Source: Planctomycetota bacterium (lineage in GTDB: Bacteria; Planctomycetota; UBA1135; UBA2386). Taken from it: DNA of 64,000 bases. Location of the stretch: positions 3,072,001-3,136,000 of the forward strand of contig OZ245006.1 of NCBI GenBank assembly GCA_965223545.1, given 5' to 3'. The notes beneath the pieces were generated by a model. It worked only from the letters and a program-made list of their open reading frames with translations. It did not search any database and was not told the DNA's origin. Both the position numbers and the translations under genes were made by a program. Of the stretch, positions 1-10,400 are shown piece by piece (the first letter of the stretch is position 1; the number at the start of each line of letters is the position of its first letter).

Positions 1-3000
1 CGACCTCCAACAGCTCCCGCCAAATCGCCGCGACCTCTTCCTCCAGCTCCCCCGACGGCGCCACGTACCCCGCACCGCCGCGCGCTCCCACCTCGCGCCC
101 CATCAGCGCCGCGCGGTCCACCTTGCCGTTCGGCGTCAGCGGATACTCCGCCAGCTCCACCAGCACACCCGGCACCATGTACTCCGGCAGCGAACCGCGC
201 AGATGCTCGCGCAGCGCGCCCTCCGTCGCCTCCGCGTTGCCCGGCTCGACGCGGTAGAAGCCCACCAGCTGCACGTCGCCGCGCCGTTTGGTCTGCGCCA
301 CCACCACCGCGTCTCGCACGCCGCCGTGCCCCGCCAGCACCGCCTCGATCTCGCCCAGCTCGATCCGGAAGCCGCGCACCTTCACCTGGTGGTCGATCCG
401 GCCCAAGAACTCCAGCTCACCCGCGTTCGTGTAGCGCGCGAGGTCGCCCGTCTCGTAGATCCGACCCGTCTCCGCAAACGGGTGCGCCACGAACTTCTCC
501 GCCGTCAGCGCATCGCGACGCCAGTAGCCCCGCGCCAGCCCGTCACCGCCCAAGAACAGCTTGCCGGGAACACCCACCGGCACCGGCTGGCCGTGCCGGT
601 CCAGCAGGTACACCTCCGTGTTCGCGATCGGCGCACCGATCGGCACCGGACCGCTCCCCGACTCCACCCGGCCGCACAGCGACCAGATCGTCGTCTCCGT
701 CGGCCCGTACATGTTCCACACTTCGCCCACCAGCGGCAGCAGCCGCTCCGCCAGCTCACGCGGAAACGCCTCGCCGCCGCACAGCACCTTCAGCCCCGAC
801 AGGCCGCCCCATCCCGACTCCAGCAGCAGGTGCCACGTCGCCGGCGTCGCCTGCATCACCGTCGCGCCACACGACTCCATCAGCGCCGCCAGCTGCTCGC
901 CGTCGCTCGCCTGCGCGCTCGTCGCGATCTCCACCCGGCCGCCGACCAACAGCGGCAGGTACAGCTCCAGGCCCGCGATGTCGAACGAGATCGTCGTCAC
1001 CCCGAGCAGCGTGTCCTCGCTCCCCATCCCCGGGCTCGACGCCATCGCGCACAGAAAGTTCAGCAGCGCCCGGTGCTCGATCTGCACCCCCTTCGGCCGC
1101 CCCGTCGAACCCGACGTGAAGATCACGTACGCCAGATCACCGGGCCCCGCCGCCGGCGCCAGCGGCGCGGCGCTTTGCGCGGCGATCGCCGCTCGCGTCC
1201 CTTCCTCCTCGAGGTCCAGCACCGCCGGCAGCGACGGCGGTAGCCGTGGCAGCAGCCCGCTCTGCGTCACCAGCAGCGAGATCTCCGCGTCCTCCATGAT
1301 GAACGCCAATCGATCCGCCGGGAACGACGGGTCCAGCGGTACGTACGCGGCGCCGGCCTTCTGGATCGCCAGCAGCGCCACCAGCATCCCGACCGAGCGC
1401 TCCACCGACACGCCCACCAGCTGGCCACGAGCCACGCCCCGCGACGACAGCTCGCGCGCCAGCTGGTTGCTGCGCGCCTCCAGCTCAGCGTGGCTCAGCC
1501 GCTCGCCGCCGCACGACACCGCCACCGCGTCACCGCGCTCCGCCGCGACCCGGCTGAGCTCGGCCACCAACGTCGAGTCGCGCGGATACTCCCGCTGCGT
1601 CGCTGCACTCGATGCCACCACTGCCGCGCGCTCGCTCTCCGTCAGCAGCGGCAGCTCCCAGATGCTCGCTTCCGGCGACGCGGTCATCGCCCGCAGCAGC
1701 TGCAGATAGTGCTGCTCGAACCGGGCGACGGTGGCGTCGTCGAACAGGTCGGTGTTGTACTCGAACGCACCCTGCAGGTCGCCGCCGGCACTGTCGCCGA
1801 CGAACAGCGTCAGGTCGAACATCGCCTGACCGCTGTCGGGCAGCAGCAGCTCGACCTCGCAGTCGCCGAGCCGCGGCAGCTCCGCTTCCTGGGTCATGCT
1901 GAACAGCACCTGGAACAGCGGGTTGCGGCTCAGGTCGCGGTCGGGCTTGAGCTCGACGACGAGCTGCTCGAACGGCATGCCCTGGTGCTCGAACGCGTCG
2001 AGGGCGGTGCCCCGCACGCGCCGCAGCACCTCGCCGACACTCGGCGCGCCCGACAGGTCCGACCGCAGCACGAGGGTGTTCAAGAACAAACCGATCAAGG
2101 GCTCGGTCTGCGCCGATTCGCGCCCACCGGTCGGCGTGCCCAGCACGATGTCGTCCTGTCCGCTGTAGCGTGCCAGCAGCACCTTGAACGCCGCCAACGC
2201 TGCCATGAAGAACGTGCACCCGCGGGCGCGCGCCATCGCCTTGAAGTCGTCGACGACGGGCTTGGGCATGCGGAACACGCGCCGGCCGCCCGCAAACGTC
2301 TGCACCGCGGGGCGTGGCCGGTCGGTGGGCAGCTCGAGCACCGGTACGCCTGCCAGCTGCTGCCGCCAGTAAGCCAGCAGGGCACCACCGTGGGCGTCGT
2401 ACCAACGGCGCTGCCATGTGGCGTAGTCCGCGTACTGCACCTCGAGCTCCGGCAACGGCGACCGCTTGCCGGCACATCGCGCCTCGTACAGCGTCGCCAG
2501 CTCGTGGAACCAGATCCCGAACGACAACCCGTCGGTGATCATGTGCAGCATGGTGAACACGAGCACGTGATCGCTCTTGCCGAGCTGCAGGAGCACCAAC
2601 CGCAGCAGCGGCCCGGTGCGCAGATCGCATCCGGTCTCGCTCTCTTGCTGCGCGATCTTCAGCGCCGCCGCGAGCGGATCGTCCCGATCGCGCAGGTCGG
2701 TGCGCGCCAGCGTCCACGCCGCCGGCTCGTGCACCACCTGCACCGGCTCGTCGCCGGCGGTCTCGAACGTCGTGCGCAGCACCTCGTGCCGGCGGACGAT
2801 CTCAGCGATGCTCCCCTCGAGCGCGTCGGCATCGAGCGGACCGCGAAACCGCAGCATGTGGGACAGGTTGTAGGGCGCGGTGTCGCCGCCGAGCTCGCAC
2901 AGGAACCAGAACCGCTGCTGGCCAAAGGAGAGGGGCAGGGTCCCGTCACGCGGCACGGGCGGGATCACCAGCGGGTCTTCGGCACCGGCCGAGATCGGAT

Positions 3001-3229
3001 CGGCGGCGGCCGCCGCCGCGGGGTCGCCAGACCGAAGTGCCTCCTCATCCTCCGACTCCGACTCCGACTCCAAGACGAAGGCGATCACCTCGTCGCGCTG
3101 CGCTTCGAGCTCGCGGGCGAGCTCTGCCGGCAGCTCGGCCCGGGGAATTCCCGTGCAGAGCTCACCGCCATCGACCCACAACCGACAGCCCAGCGCGCGC
3201 AGGCGCGACAGCAGCTCGAACAGCGTCAC
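1..3229 (-). CDS. Non-ribosomal peptide synthetase (TubC-type N-terminal docking domain - C - A[Gly] - start of PCP); runs off the left edge
   Basis: Manual minus-strand translation (absent from the ORF track because its stop lies outside the window). Motifs: LFELLSRLRALGCRLWVDGGEL (docking), LSFGQQRFWFL, TMLHMITDGLS (C), YVIFTSGSTGRPKG, NMYGPTETTIW, YETGDL, LTPNGKVDR (A), WRELLEV (PCP start). GTG at 3229 has GGGAG upstream; an in-frame ATG at 3271 is an alternative start. Confidence 0.95.
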   Translation of the reverse strand, partial: MTLFELLSRLRALGCRLWVDGGELCTGIPRAELPAELARELEAQRDEVIAFVLESESESEDEEALRSGDPAAAAAADPISAGAEDPLVIPPVPRDGTLPLSFGQQRFWFLCELGGDTAPYNLSHMLRFRGPLDADALEGSIAEIVRRHEVLRTTFETAGDEPVQVVHEPAAWTLARTDLRDRDDPLAAALKIAQQESETGCDLRTGPLLRLVLLQLGKSDHVLVFTMLHMITDGLSFGIWFHELATLYEARCAGKRSPLPELEVQYADYATWQRRWYDAHGGALLAYWRQQLAGVPVLELPTDRPRPAVQTFAGGRRVFRMPKPVVDDFKAMARARGCTFFMAALAAFKVLLARYSGQDDIVLGTPTGGRESAQTEPLIGLFLNTLVLRSDLSGAPSVGEVLRRVRGTALDAFEHQGMPFEQLVVELKPDRDLSRNPLFQVLFSMTQEAELPRLGDCEVELLLPDSGQAMFDLTLFVGDSAGGDLQGAFEYNTDLFDDATVARFEQHYLQLLRAMTASPEASIWELPLLTESERAAVVASSAATQREYPRDSTLVAELSRVAAERGDAVAVSCGGERLSHAELEARSNQLARELSSRGVARGQLVGVSVERSVGMLVALLAIQKAGAAYVPLDPSFPADRLAFIMEDAEISLLVTQSGLLPRLPPSLPAVLDLEEEGTRAAIAAQSAAPLAPAAGPGDLAYVIFTSGSTGRPKGVQIEHRALLNFLCAMASSPGMGSEDTLLGVTTISFDIAGLELYLPLLVGGRVEIATSAQASDGEQLAALMESCGATVMQATPATWHLLLESGWGGLSGLKVLCGGEAFPRELAERLLPLVGEVWNMYGPTETTIWSLCGRVESGSGPVPIGAPIANTEVYLLDRHGQPVPVGVPGKLFLGGDGLARGYWRRDALTAEKFVAHPFAETGRIYETGDLARYTNAGELEFLGRIDHQVKVRGFRIELGEIEAVLAGHGGVRDAVVVAQTKRRGDVQLVGFYRVEPGNAEATEGALREHLRGSLPEYMVPGVLVELAEYPLTPNGKVDRAALMGREVGARGGAGYVAPSGELEEEVAAIWRELLEV
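3050..3071. repeat. (CTCCGA)x3.7 hexamer repeat encoding an ESESESE acidic linker after the docking domain
   Basis: ctccga ctccga ctccga ctcc read directly. Confidence 0.8.
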
Positions 3230-3475
3230 CGGCGGGCTCCCGGCCTTCGCGTGGACGCGGCGGCTCGGCATTCGGAGGGAGGAAGAGGCGGGGCGGGCAT
3301 GGAGGGTCGAGGCTCCGGCGAAGTCTACCTGACGTCACACACCGCGTCGCCACGCGCCGGTGGGACGGAGGACTCCACACCGAGCGGCAATCACCTTTGG
3401 TCGAGGCCCGGCACTCCCCGAAACAAACAGAGAATCGACCGGCGCCACCGCGCGTACCGCGTCCACCGACAAGCG

Positions 3476-4519
3476 ATGCCCGTGTTGAACACAGTCCCGG
3501 TCCACTACCGACGCGGCGCCGTCTTCCGCGGCGGGTTAGCCGCGGCCGCGTTCGCCACTGCGATCGTCATCGACCTGGTGTTGCAGCGCTCGCCGATCGC
3601 GGACGCACCGCCGCGCTGGAGTTGGTGGGACCTGCTGCGCAGCGGGGCGATCGCCGCGTGCGCCCTGTTGTCGATCTCGACATTGCTGCGGCTACGCCCC
3701 GTGCGGGCGGGGTCCTGCGCGTCCGCGCCGATCTCGGCGGCAACGCCGGCCGCGGTGTGCCTCGGGCTGGCAGCCACCTGCGTGGCGCTGCTGGCCTTTG
3801 CCCCGACAGTCTACGAATGGCTGTGCCAGGAAGACTCTTGGGTCGAGAACTCGTCGGCCGCGGCGATGGCGCTGGCCGCAGCCGTCGGCGCCCACCTGTG
3901 TGTTCGCGGCGCCAACCACCACGCCCTCAGGGTGGCAGCTGCGGCCGTGGCAGCGTTCTTTGCCCTGTGCGCGCTCGAGGAGGTCTCTTGGTTCCAACGC
4001 GTCTTGGACATCGAGACGTCGGCGTGGTTCGAGGGCAACCTGCAGAACGAGACCAACCTGCACAACTTCGCCACCGACAAGCTCGAGACCCTCTACTACT
4101 CGGGCGCTTTCGCCATGCTGGTCGCGCTGCCCTGGGCCGCGGAGCAGCTACCGCTGCGGTCGCTTCTCGGCCCGCTCGGGCCCCTCGTCCCCGGTCGGCG
4201 CGCGGTGGCCTGCGCCGCCCCCTGCAGCGCGTTCAACTACGACATGTGGAACAACGCTGCGATGCAGCTCGCGCTGGCCGGCACCCTGGCGATCCTCGGC
4301 CACTTCGCGCTCGCCTCCCACCGCGCCGGCGCGCGCCGAGAAGCGCGGATTTGGATGGGGTTGACCGTCGCGACGGTGGGCATCCAAGCCAGCTTCTTGT
4401 GCAACGGCGCGGCGCAGGAGCGGATCTGGTCGGTGACCGAGTATCGAGAGCTGCTGATCGCGATCGCCTGTGCGGCCTATGCGATCGACGTCCGCCGGCA
4501 GGTGGCGGCGCCCCGCTGA
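3476..4519 (+). CDS. Multi-pass membrane protein of unknown function
   Basis: C-terminal 347 aa of ORF 1490..4519; several hydrophobic segments; EDSWVEN, LEEVSWFQR and NLQNETNLHN motifs typical of a conserved membrane-protein family. Confidence 0.75.
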   Translation: MPVLNTVPVHYRRGAVFRGGLAAAAFATAIVIDLVLQRSPIADAPPRWSWWDLLRSGAIAACALLSISTLLRLRPVRAGSCASAPISAATPAAVCLGLAATCVALLAFAPTVYEWLCQEDSWVENSSAAAMALAAAVGAHLCVRGANHHALRVAAAAVAAFFALCALEEVSWFQRVLDIETSAWFEGNLQNETNLHNFATDKLETLYYSGAFAMLVALPWAAEQLPLRSLLGPLGPLVPGRRAVACAAPCSAFNYDMWNNAAMQLALAGTLAILGHFALASHRAGARREARIWMGLTVATVGIQASFLCNGAAQERIWSVTEYRELLIAIACAAYAIDVRRQVAAPR

Positions 4520-4552
4520 ACGGCGCGTCGTCCGCGGGTCAGCAGGCCCCGG

Positions 4553-5749
4553 TCAGAACGCCGTGGGCGGCGGCATGGCGCGCTCGAGCAACGACGGCCG
4601 CTCGGCGAGCACCTCGCGGTAGCGTTCGACGTCCACGTGCACGCTGCAGCCGGTGAACCAACTGAGCAGCTGCCGGCTGGTCGCGTTGGCGATCGGATCG
4701 TGGTCGTCCGCCAGCTCGAGCAACTGCTCCACGGCGCCGCGATCGCCGGCGCTCAGCAGCGCGCGCACGGCGGCGGTGCGCAGCGGCGGGTCCAACATCG
4801 ACAGCTGGCCGCGCACCTGCTCCGGCTCCACCGATCGCGTCGACTCGAGACAGTAGATCGCGCGGCGCCGGATCTCGAGGTCGAGGTTCGGCTCCAGGAT
4901 CCACGTCCAGACGGACCGCGGGTCCTGCAACGGGCCCTCCAGGCTGGCGAGCGCGGCGAGCGCTACGCGCTGAACATCCGGCGACCACTGGAAGAACGCA
5001 CGCGTCAGCCGCTCTTCGTAGTCACCCGCAACCCCGGCCGCAGTGATGAGCTCGATGATGCGGATCCGCTCGCGATCGTCGCCGAGCTCGACCCGGTTCC
5101 AGATCTCGCTCCAGAGCAACTCGCTGGGGTGGGCCAACAAGAAGTCCATCGCCGCCGTGCACACCTCGGCGTCGTCGTGGGCCATCAGGGACACGACCTG
5201 CTCGGTGACGTCCTCGGCGAACGGTGCGGCATGTTCGAGCGCCGCGAGCAGCACCGCGGCGTGCGACTCGAGCAAGAACAGCGCGATCGGCTCCTGCGAC
5301 CACGGGCGCAGTTGCCCCAAAGCGCGGATGGCGCGCGCACGCCGCTCCGGTGGACCATCGGCGGCCAGTCTCTCGAGCTCCGCGCTGAAGCTGACGATGC
5401 CGGCGGCGCCGACGTAGTCGATCGCCGCGGCGTGCAGGGGATCGACCGGTCGCCGCAGCATCGCCTGCAGCGGCGCCGCGAACTCGCGCGCATGACCCGG
5501 CGCTGCCGCCAGGATGCGCTCGCGCTCGCGCGGGTCATACGCACCCTGCAGCGCGCGCAGAGTCTCGTGCAGCCGGCGCTCGGCCATCGACTTGCCGGGG
5601 CCGAGCTCGATCTCCGGCTGAATGCTGAGCGCGTGCGCCGCGATCGCCGCCGCGACCCCGGCCAGCACGATGCCAGCGACGCGTGAGACCGCGACCTGGT
5701 TGAAGCGGGGCTCGGGCAACCCCGAGGGGGGGCGGGGGGAGGGACTCAT
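4553..5749 (-). CDS. Membrane-anchored HEAT-repeat protein
   Basis: N-terminal TM segment; repeats such as RARAIRALGQL, VQRVALAALASL, LRTAAVRALL; ATGA overlap with the upstream gene. Confidence 0.75.
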   Translation of the reverse strand: MSPSPRPPSGLPEPRFNQVAVSRVAGIVLAGVAAAIAAHALSIQPEIELGPGKSMAERRLHETLRALQGAYDPRERERILAAAPGHAREFAAPLQAMLRRPVDPLHAAAIDYVGAAGIVSFSAELERLAADGPPERRARAIRALGQLRPWSQEPIALFLLESHAAVLLAALEHAAPFAEDVTEQVVSLMAHDDAEVCTAAMDFLLAHPSELLWSEIWNRVELGDDRERIRIIELITAAGVAGDYEERLTRAFFQWSPDVQRVALAALASLEGPLQDPRSVWTWILEPNLDLEIRRRAIYCLESTRSVEPEQVRGQLSMLDPPLRTAAVRALLSAGDRGAVEQLLELADDHDPIANATSRQLLSWFTGCSVHVDVERYREVLAERPSLLERAMPPPTAF

Positions 5750-6807
5750 CGAGCGATCTCCTGCCATCCGTTGAAGGCGACGTACGTGCCGCTCGCCTTG
5801 TTGGCCAGGGCGATGGCGGCGGATGAATAGATGACGTTGAGGGTGCCCTTGATCTCGAACGTCGAGCCGCTCGGGCCCTGCAACAGCGCGCCCCGGATCG
5901 TCGCCGTGCCCGCGCTGTTGACGATGTCGCCGAGCACGATCACGACGCCGTCGAACACGAAGTTGCCGGTCACGGTCAGATCGCCGGTGACCAGCAGGAT
6001 GCCGGCGCCTTGACAGCTGCCGGAGAACTGAACGTCGCCGTTGCGGTAGGCGATGTTGGCGACGCCACCGGTGCCGCTGCCGAACTTGTAGTTGGAGTAG
6101 CGCTTGCTGGTCAGGATCAGGTTGGCGATGTTCTGCAGCGACGTCACCATCTCGGTAAAGTTGAACGAGGTCGTCGCCGTCGCCATGGTCGGCGAGCCGG
6201 TCACGTAGCCCGACAGCGAAGTCGAGAACGACGTGGACGGCCCCGGCGACGCCACGGTCACGCCGGTGACCGTCGTGCCAGTCGACGCTCCGGTCATCGT
6301 CACCTCGTTGCCGGACACTTTCGGCGTGCCACTGCCGGCGAACACGATCGACGAGTTGAGGAACATCACCGCGCTGGAGATGGAGGGCAGCAACGGCACG
6401 GGGCCCAGATAGGCCACGACCTTGCGCGTGGTGTTGCGGTAGGTCCCCGCCACCAGCACCTGGAACGCATCCTCGTCGGCCTCGTCCACCGAGCCGTCGG
6501 CGTCGTTGTCCTGACCGTCGGAGCCGAGGTAGGTCGGCGTGACGTCGAACGAAATGCCGCCGCCGAGACCGCGGGTGTAGGTCACGCCCGTCTGCAGCGC
6601 CTTCGGGCCGGAGCGGCCGCGGAAGATCGCGTCGTCGATGCCGGACTCCGCCGCCAACAGCGCCTTCTCCTGGTCCAAGATCGCCTGGCCCTCCGCACTC
6701 CGGCGCGACATCGCCGCGGTGAACGCGCCGACGATCAGCAGCAACGGCACGAGCATCGCGAACAGGACAAAGAGGATCGCTCCTCGTTCAGAATGGGTCT
6801 GGTGCAT
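5746..6807 (-). CDS. PilX-like / minor-pilin N-terminal domain protein with Ser/Thr/Gly-rich beta-strand C-terminus
   Basis: ERGAILFVLF... prepilin-like N-terminus, KALLAAESGID PilX-N motif, DGQDNDADGSVDE Ca-binding-like loop; GGAGG RBS. Confidence 0.75.
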   Translation of the reverse strand: MHQTHSERGAILFVLFAMLVPLLLIVGAFTAAMSRRSAEGQAILDQEKALLAAESGIDDAIFRGRSGPKALQTGVTYTRGLGGGISFDVTPTYLGSDGQDNDADGSVDEADEDAFQVLVAGTYRNTTRKVVAYLGPVPLLPSISSAVMFLNSSIVFAGSGTPKVSGNEVTMTGASTGTTVTGVTVASPGPSTSFSTSLSGYVTGSPTMATATTSFNFTEMVTSLQNIANLILTSKRYSNYKFGSGTGGVANIAYRNGDVQFSGSCQGAGILLVTGDLTVTGNFVFDGVVIVLGDIVNSAGTATIRGALLQGPSGSTFEIKGTLNVIYSSAAIALANKASGTYVAFNGWQEIAR

Positions 6808-7136
6808 GGCTTGGCCTCCGCGCCTCCTCCCGCGGCCGCCTCACGTGCTGAGTGCAGCCGTCGGTTGTTTCGGCACACGCCGCCGCTCGGTTGAGACCGA
6901 GTGTGTCCGTGCTCTCACTCTGAGACTGGCCCGGGCCGGGGCCGCGACCCAAGACGAAGCACTTCGCGACAGCGACGGAGTCCGCCGCTCCAGCGTGGTG
7001 AAGTCCAAGCCAACCGAGTTCGCGCTCCACGGCCTAAGCGGGGCGTCGGGGCCACGGACGTGGTGCATCATCACCACGAAGGACCGAAGAACACGAAGAC
7101 CGGTTCCGACGCTGGCGCTGTCCCCAGCCCGCAGAC

Positions 7137-7178
7137 GGACAAAAGTCAGGGCGGCGACCCCTTGCGGGATCGCCGCCC
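7137..7178 (-). terminator. Intrinsic terminator-like hairpin
   Basis: Minus strand GGGCGGCGATCCC-GCAA-GGGGTCGCCGCCC then TGACTTTTG: 13-bp stem with one G.U pair, GNRA loop, short U tract. Confidence 0.7.
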
Positions 7179-7412
7179 GGCCCTCTCAAGTCTCGTCTCG
7201 TCCAGTCGACTCTCCGTCTTCCCACCTTCCTCAGCGATAAACGGCAGCCGAACGGAACAGAAAACCACCAAAATGCGCGCCCCGCCGCGGTCCGCGACCG
7301 AGCGGCCGCGGCCCTGAGGCACGAGGTATCGTTGAGGGGTCGGAACCGGTCCCCTCCGCACTCCGCCCCGCAGAACGATCTCCGTTGCCCTGCCGGTGAC
7401 CCCACCGCCCGC

Positions 7413-10400
7413 ATGAGCCCACCCCCCTCCCCCGCACCCGCCGATGCCATCGCCATCATCGGAATGGCGTGCCGATTCCCAGAGGCGCCGGACATCGAAA
7501 GCTACTGGCGCCTGCTCCGGGACGGCGTCGAAGCGGTGCGCTTCCCCGACCCGGACGCGCTGCGGGCAGCGGGAGATACGCCAGAGCGGATGAGGCATCC
7601 GCGCTACGTGGCGTCCCCGGGGGCCGTGCTCGACGACGTCGACGCGTTCGACGCGGCATTCTTCGGCATCGAGGCGGATCGAGCCGCCCTGATGGACCCG
7701 CAACACCGCGTCTTTCTCGAGTGCACCCACGCCGCGCTCGAGGACGCCGGCTACGACCCGACGCGTTACCCCGGCATGATCGCGCTGTTCGCCGGCGCCG
7801 GCCGCAACCACTACCTGCTCGAGCACCTCCTGCCGCAGGCCCGCGCGATGGCCACCGCCGGACCGCTCGAGGTGACGCTGACCAACGACAAGGACTTCGT
7901 GCCGCTGCGCGTGTCCTACCTCCTCGACCTGCGCGGGCCGAGCGTCGGGGTGCAAACCGCGTGCTCGACGTCGCTGGTGGCAACCCACTTGGCGTGTCAG
8001 AGCCTGCTGAGCGGTGACGCGGACATCGCGCTCGCCGGCGGAGTCTCGATCACCACGCTGCACGGGCGCGGCTACATCGGCAGTGACGACGGCCTGTTCT
8101 CGGCCGACGGCCACTGCCGCCCGTTCGACGCCGACGCGACCGGCCCGGCCGCCGGCAACGGCGCCGGTGTCGTGGTGTTGAAGCGGCTGGAGGATGCGCT
8201 GCGGGATCGCGACTGCGTGCGGGCCTTGATTCTCGGCTCCGCCATCAACAACGACGGGGCGACCAAGGTCGGCTTCACCGCACCAGCCGTCGAGGGGCAG
8301 CGTCAGGTCGTCCGCGACGCACTGTCGATCGCCGGTGTCGACGCCGGCACGATCAGCTACGTCGAGGCGCACGGCACCGGGACCAAGCTCGGCGACATGA
8401 TCGAAGTCGCGGCGCTGACCGACGCGTTCCGCGACCAGACCGTGCAGCGCGCCTATTGCGGCATCGGCTCTGTCAAATCCAACTTCGGACACACCAACAC
8501 GGCCGCTGGCGTCGCCGGCTTGATCAAGGTGGTGCTCGCGTTGCAGAACCGCGAGCTGCCCGCCAGCCTCAACTTCGCGCGGCCCAATCCGGAGATCGAC
8601 TTCGCAGACAGCCCGTTTCGCGTCGTCGATCGACGGCAGCGCTGGGCGGCGGACACGCCGCGCCGGGCCGCCGTTCACGCGGTCGCGATGGGTGGCACGA
8701 ACGCCCACGCGGTGCTCCAGGAGGCTCCCGCGGCCCACCCCCGGCAGGCGACGGAGACTGCCGCGCACGTGCTACCGCTCTCGGCACCGACCGCGGAGGG
8801 CCTGCAGCGCGTCGCCGAGCGGCTGCGATCCCACCTGCAAGCCCATCCCGACCAGGCGCTCGCGGACATCGCCTACACGCTGCAGGTCGGGCGGCGCGCC
8901 TTCGACCACCGCCTCGCGGTGGTCGCGACCACGACACAGGCGGCAGTGGCCGCACTGGAAGACTTCGCGTCACCGGCTGTGGCCACGCCGGGTCGCGCGC
9001 TGACCCTCTGTCTCGCGGACAGCGCCCCCGAGCCCGAGGCCTGGCGACGGTTGCAGCGCGAGGACAACGCGTTTCGCGACGCGATCTCGGAGTGCGGCGA
9101 TCCCGAGGCACTGCTGGCGGAGAACGGCGGGCGCAGTGCGTTTGCCTGGCTCTACGCCCTGGCCAAGAGCTGGCAGAGGTTCGGCGTCACGCCGGCACGC
9201 ACCGTCGGGTCGGGGATCGCCGAGTGGGTCGCCAAGAGCCTCGACGGCCGTTGTGATCTGTCGACCGGGCTGGCTCATGCCGACCGGATCACGCCGACCG
9301 GTGCGGTCCAGCCCCCGGACGACCCCACGGCGACGCGCCTGGTGATCGGCGCCGCGTCATCCGAGGCGGATGCTACCGGTGGGCTCCTCGACCCACTGCC
9401 GGTCATCGCGCGGTTGTGGTGTGAGGGAATCGAGATCGATTGGCAACCGCGGGCCGACCTGCTCGAGGCGCGGCGCGTGTCGCTCCCCACCTACCCGTTC
9501 GCCCGGGCTCGGCATTGGATCGACGCCGGCGACGGAACACCAGCGACAGTCCAGCCGGAAGCCGAGGTGGATGGGTGGCTCTACGTACCGACCTGGAATC
9601 GCGTGCCCGTGCCGACCGAGAGAGTCACGGTGCGCGACACGGAGTGGCTCGTCCTCGCCGACCCGACGGGCGTCGGCGACCACGTCGCCGCCCGGCTTCG
9701 CCACCGGGGAGCGGGGGTCACGTGCATCACACCGGCGGCTGCATTCGAGCAGGTCGGCGACCGTCGCTACGCGTTGCGACCGGACAGCAAAGACGATTGG
9801 CAGAGGTTGTTCGAACAGCTGGCGGCGCAGGGTCGCCAACCGCAGCACGCGCTGCACCTGTGGTCGTTGGCGCCGGCCAGCGAGAACGGGGCCGCCAACC
9901 CACACCTCGACTCGCGCGTTTCGCTGTGCGTCGACAGCCTGCGCCACATCGTCGAGCACGTCGACGCGAGCGCCGGCAACGGTGCGGTGATGCTGGTCAC
10001 CGACCGCCTGAGCGACGTATTGGGTGGCGAGGTCGCGGACCCGGAACGCGCTCTCGCAGTGGGCGCGTTCCGCGCGCTCACCAGTGAGCATCGACGTCTG
10101 CGGGCACGCCACCTGGACCTTTGCCTGGCGCCGCCGCAGGCCGACGCTGCCGCGGCCGCCGATATCGTGATCGACGAAGCGACGACCTCCGCACCGAACA
10201 GCACGGTCGCCTACCGGGGCCTGAGCCGGTGGCGGCAGTCGCACACGCGCCTCCGCGCGAGCGCCGTGGCCAGCACCAACGAGCTGCGCGGCACGGTACT
10301 CATCACCGGTGGTTTCGGCCGCGTCGGCCAATCGGCTGCGCTCCAACTCGCGGCTCCGGGAGTGCACCTGCTGCTGACCACGCGCCGGCCGATGGCAGCG

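Noticed and set aside
3001..3018. 18-bp perfect palindrome CGGCGGCGGCCGCCGCCG
   Set aside because: Lies within the NRPS linker encoding a poly-Ala run; expected in GC-rich coding DNA.
203..3475. Long plus-strand ORFs (203..1243, 561..1709, first two-thirds of 1490..4519)
   Set aside because: Antisense shadows of the NRPS; high GC suppresses stop codons. The same applies to most Arg/Ala/Pro-rich ORFs in the track.
6810..7135. Possible riboswitch or small ORFs in the long pilX leader
   Set aside because: I could not match any riboswitch consensus (including c-di-GMP) by eye, and the short ORFs lack RBS or coding character; an Rfam scan is needed.
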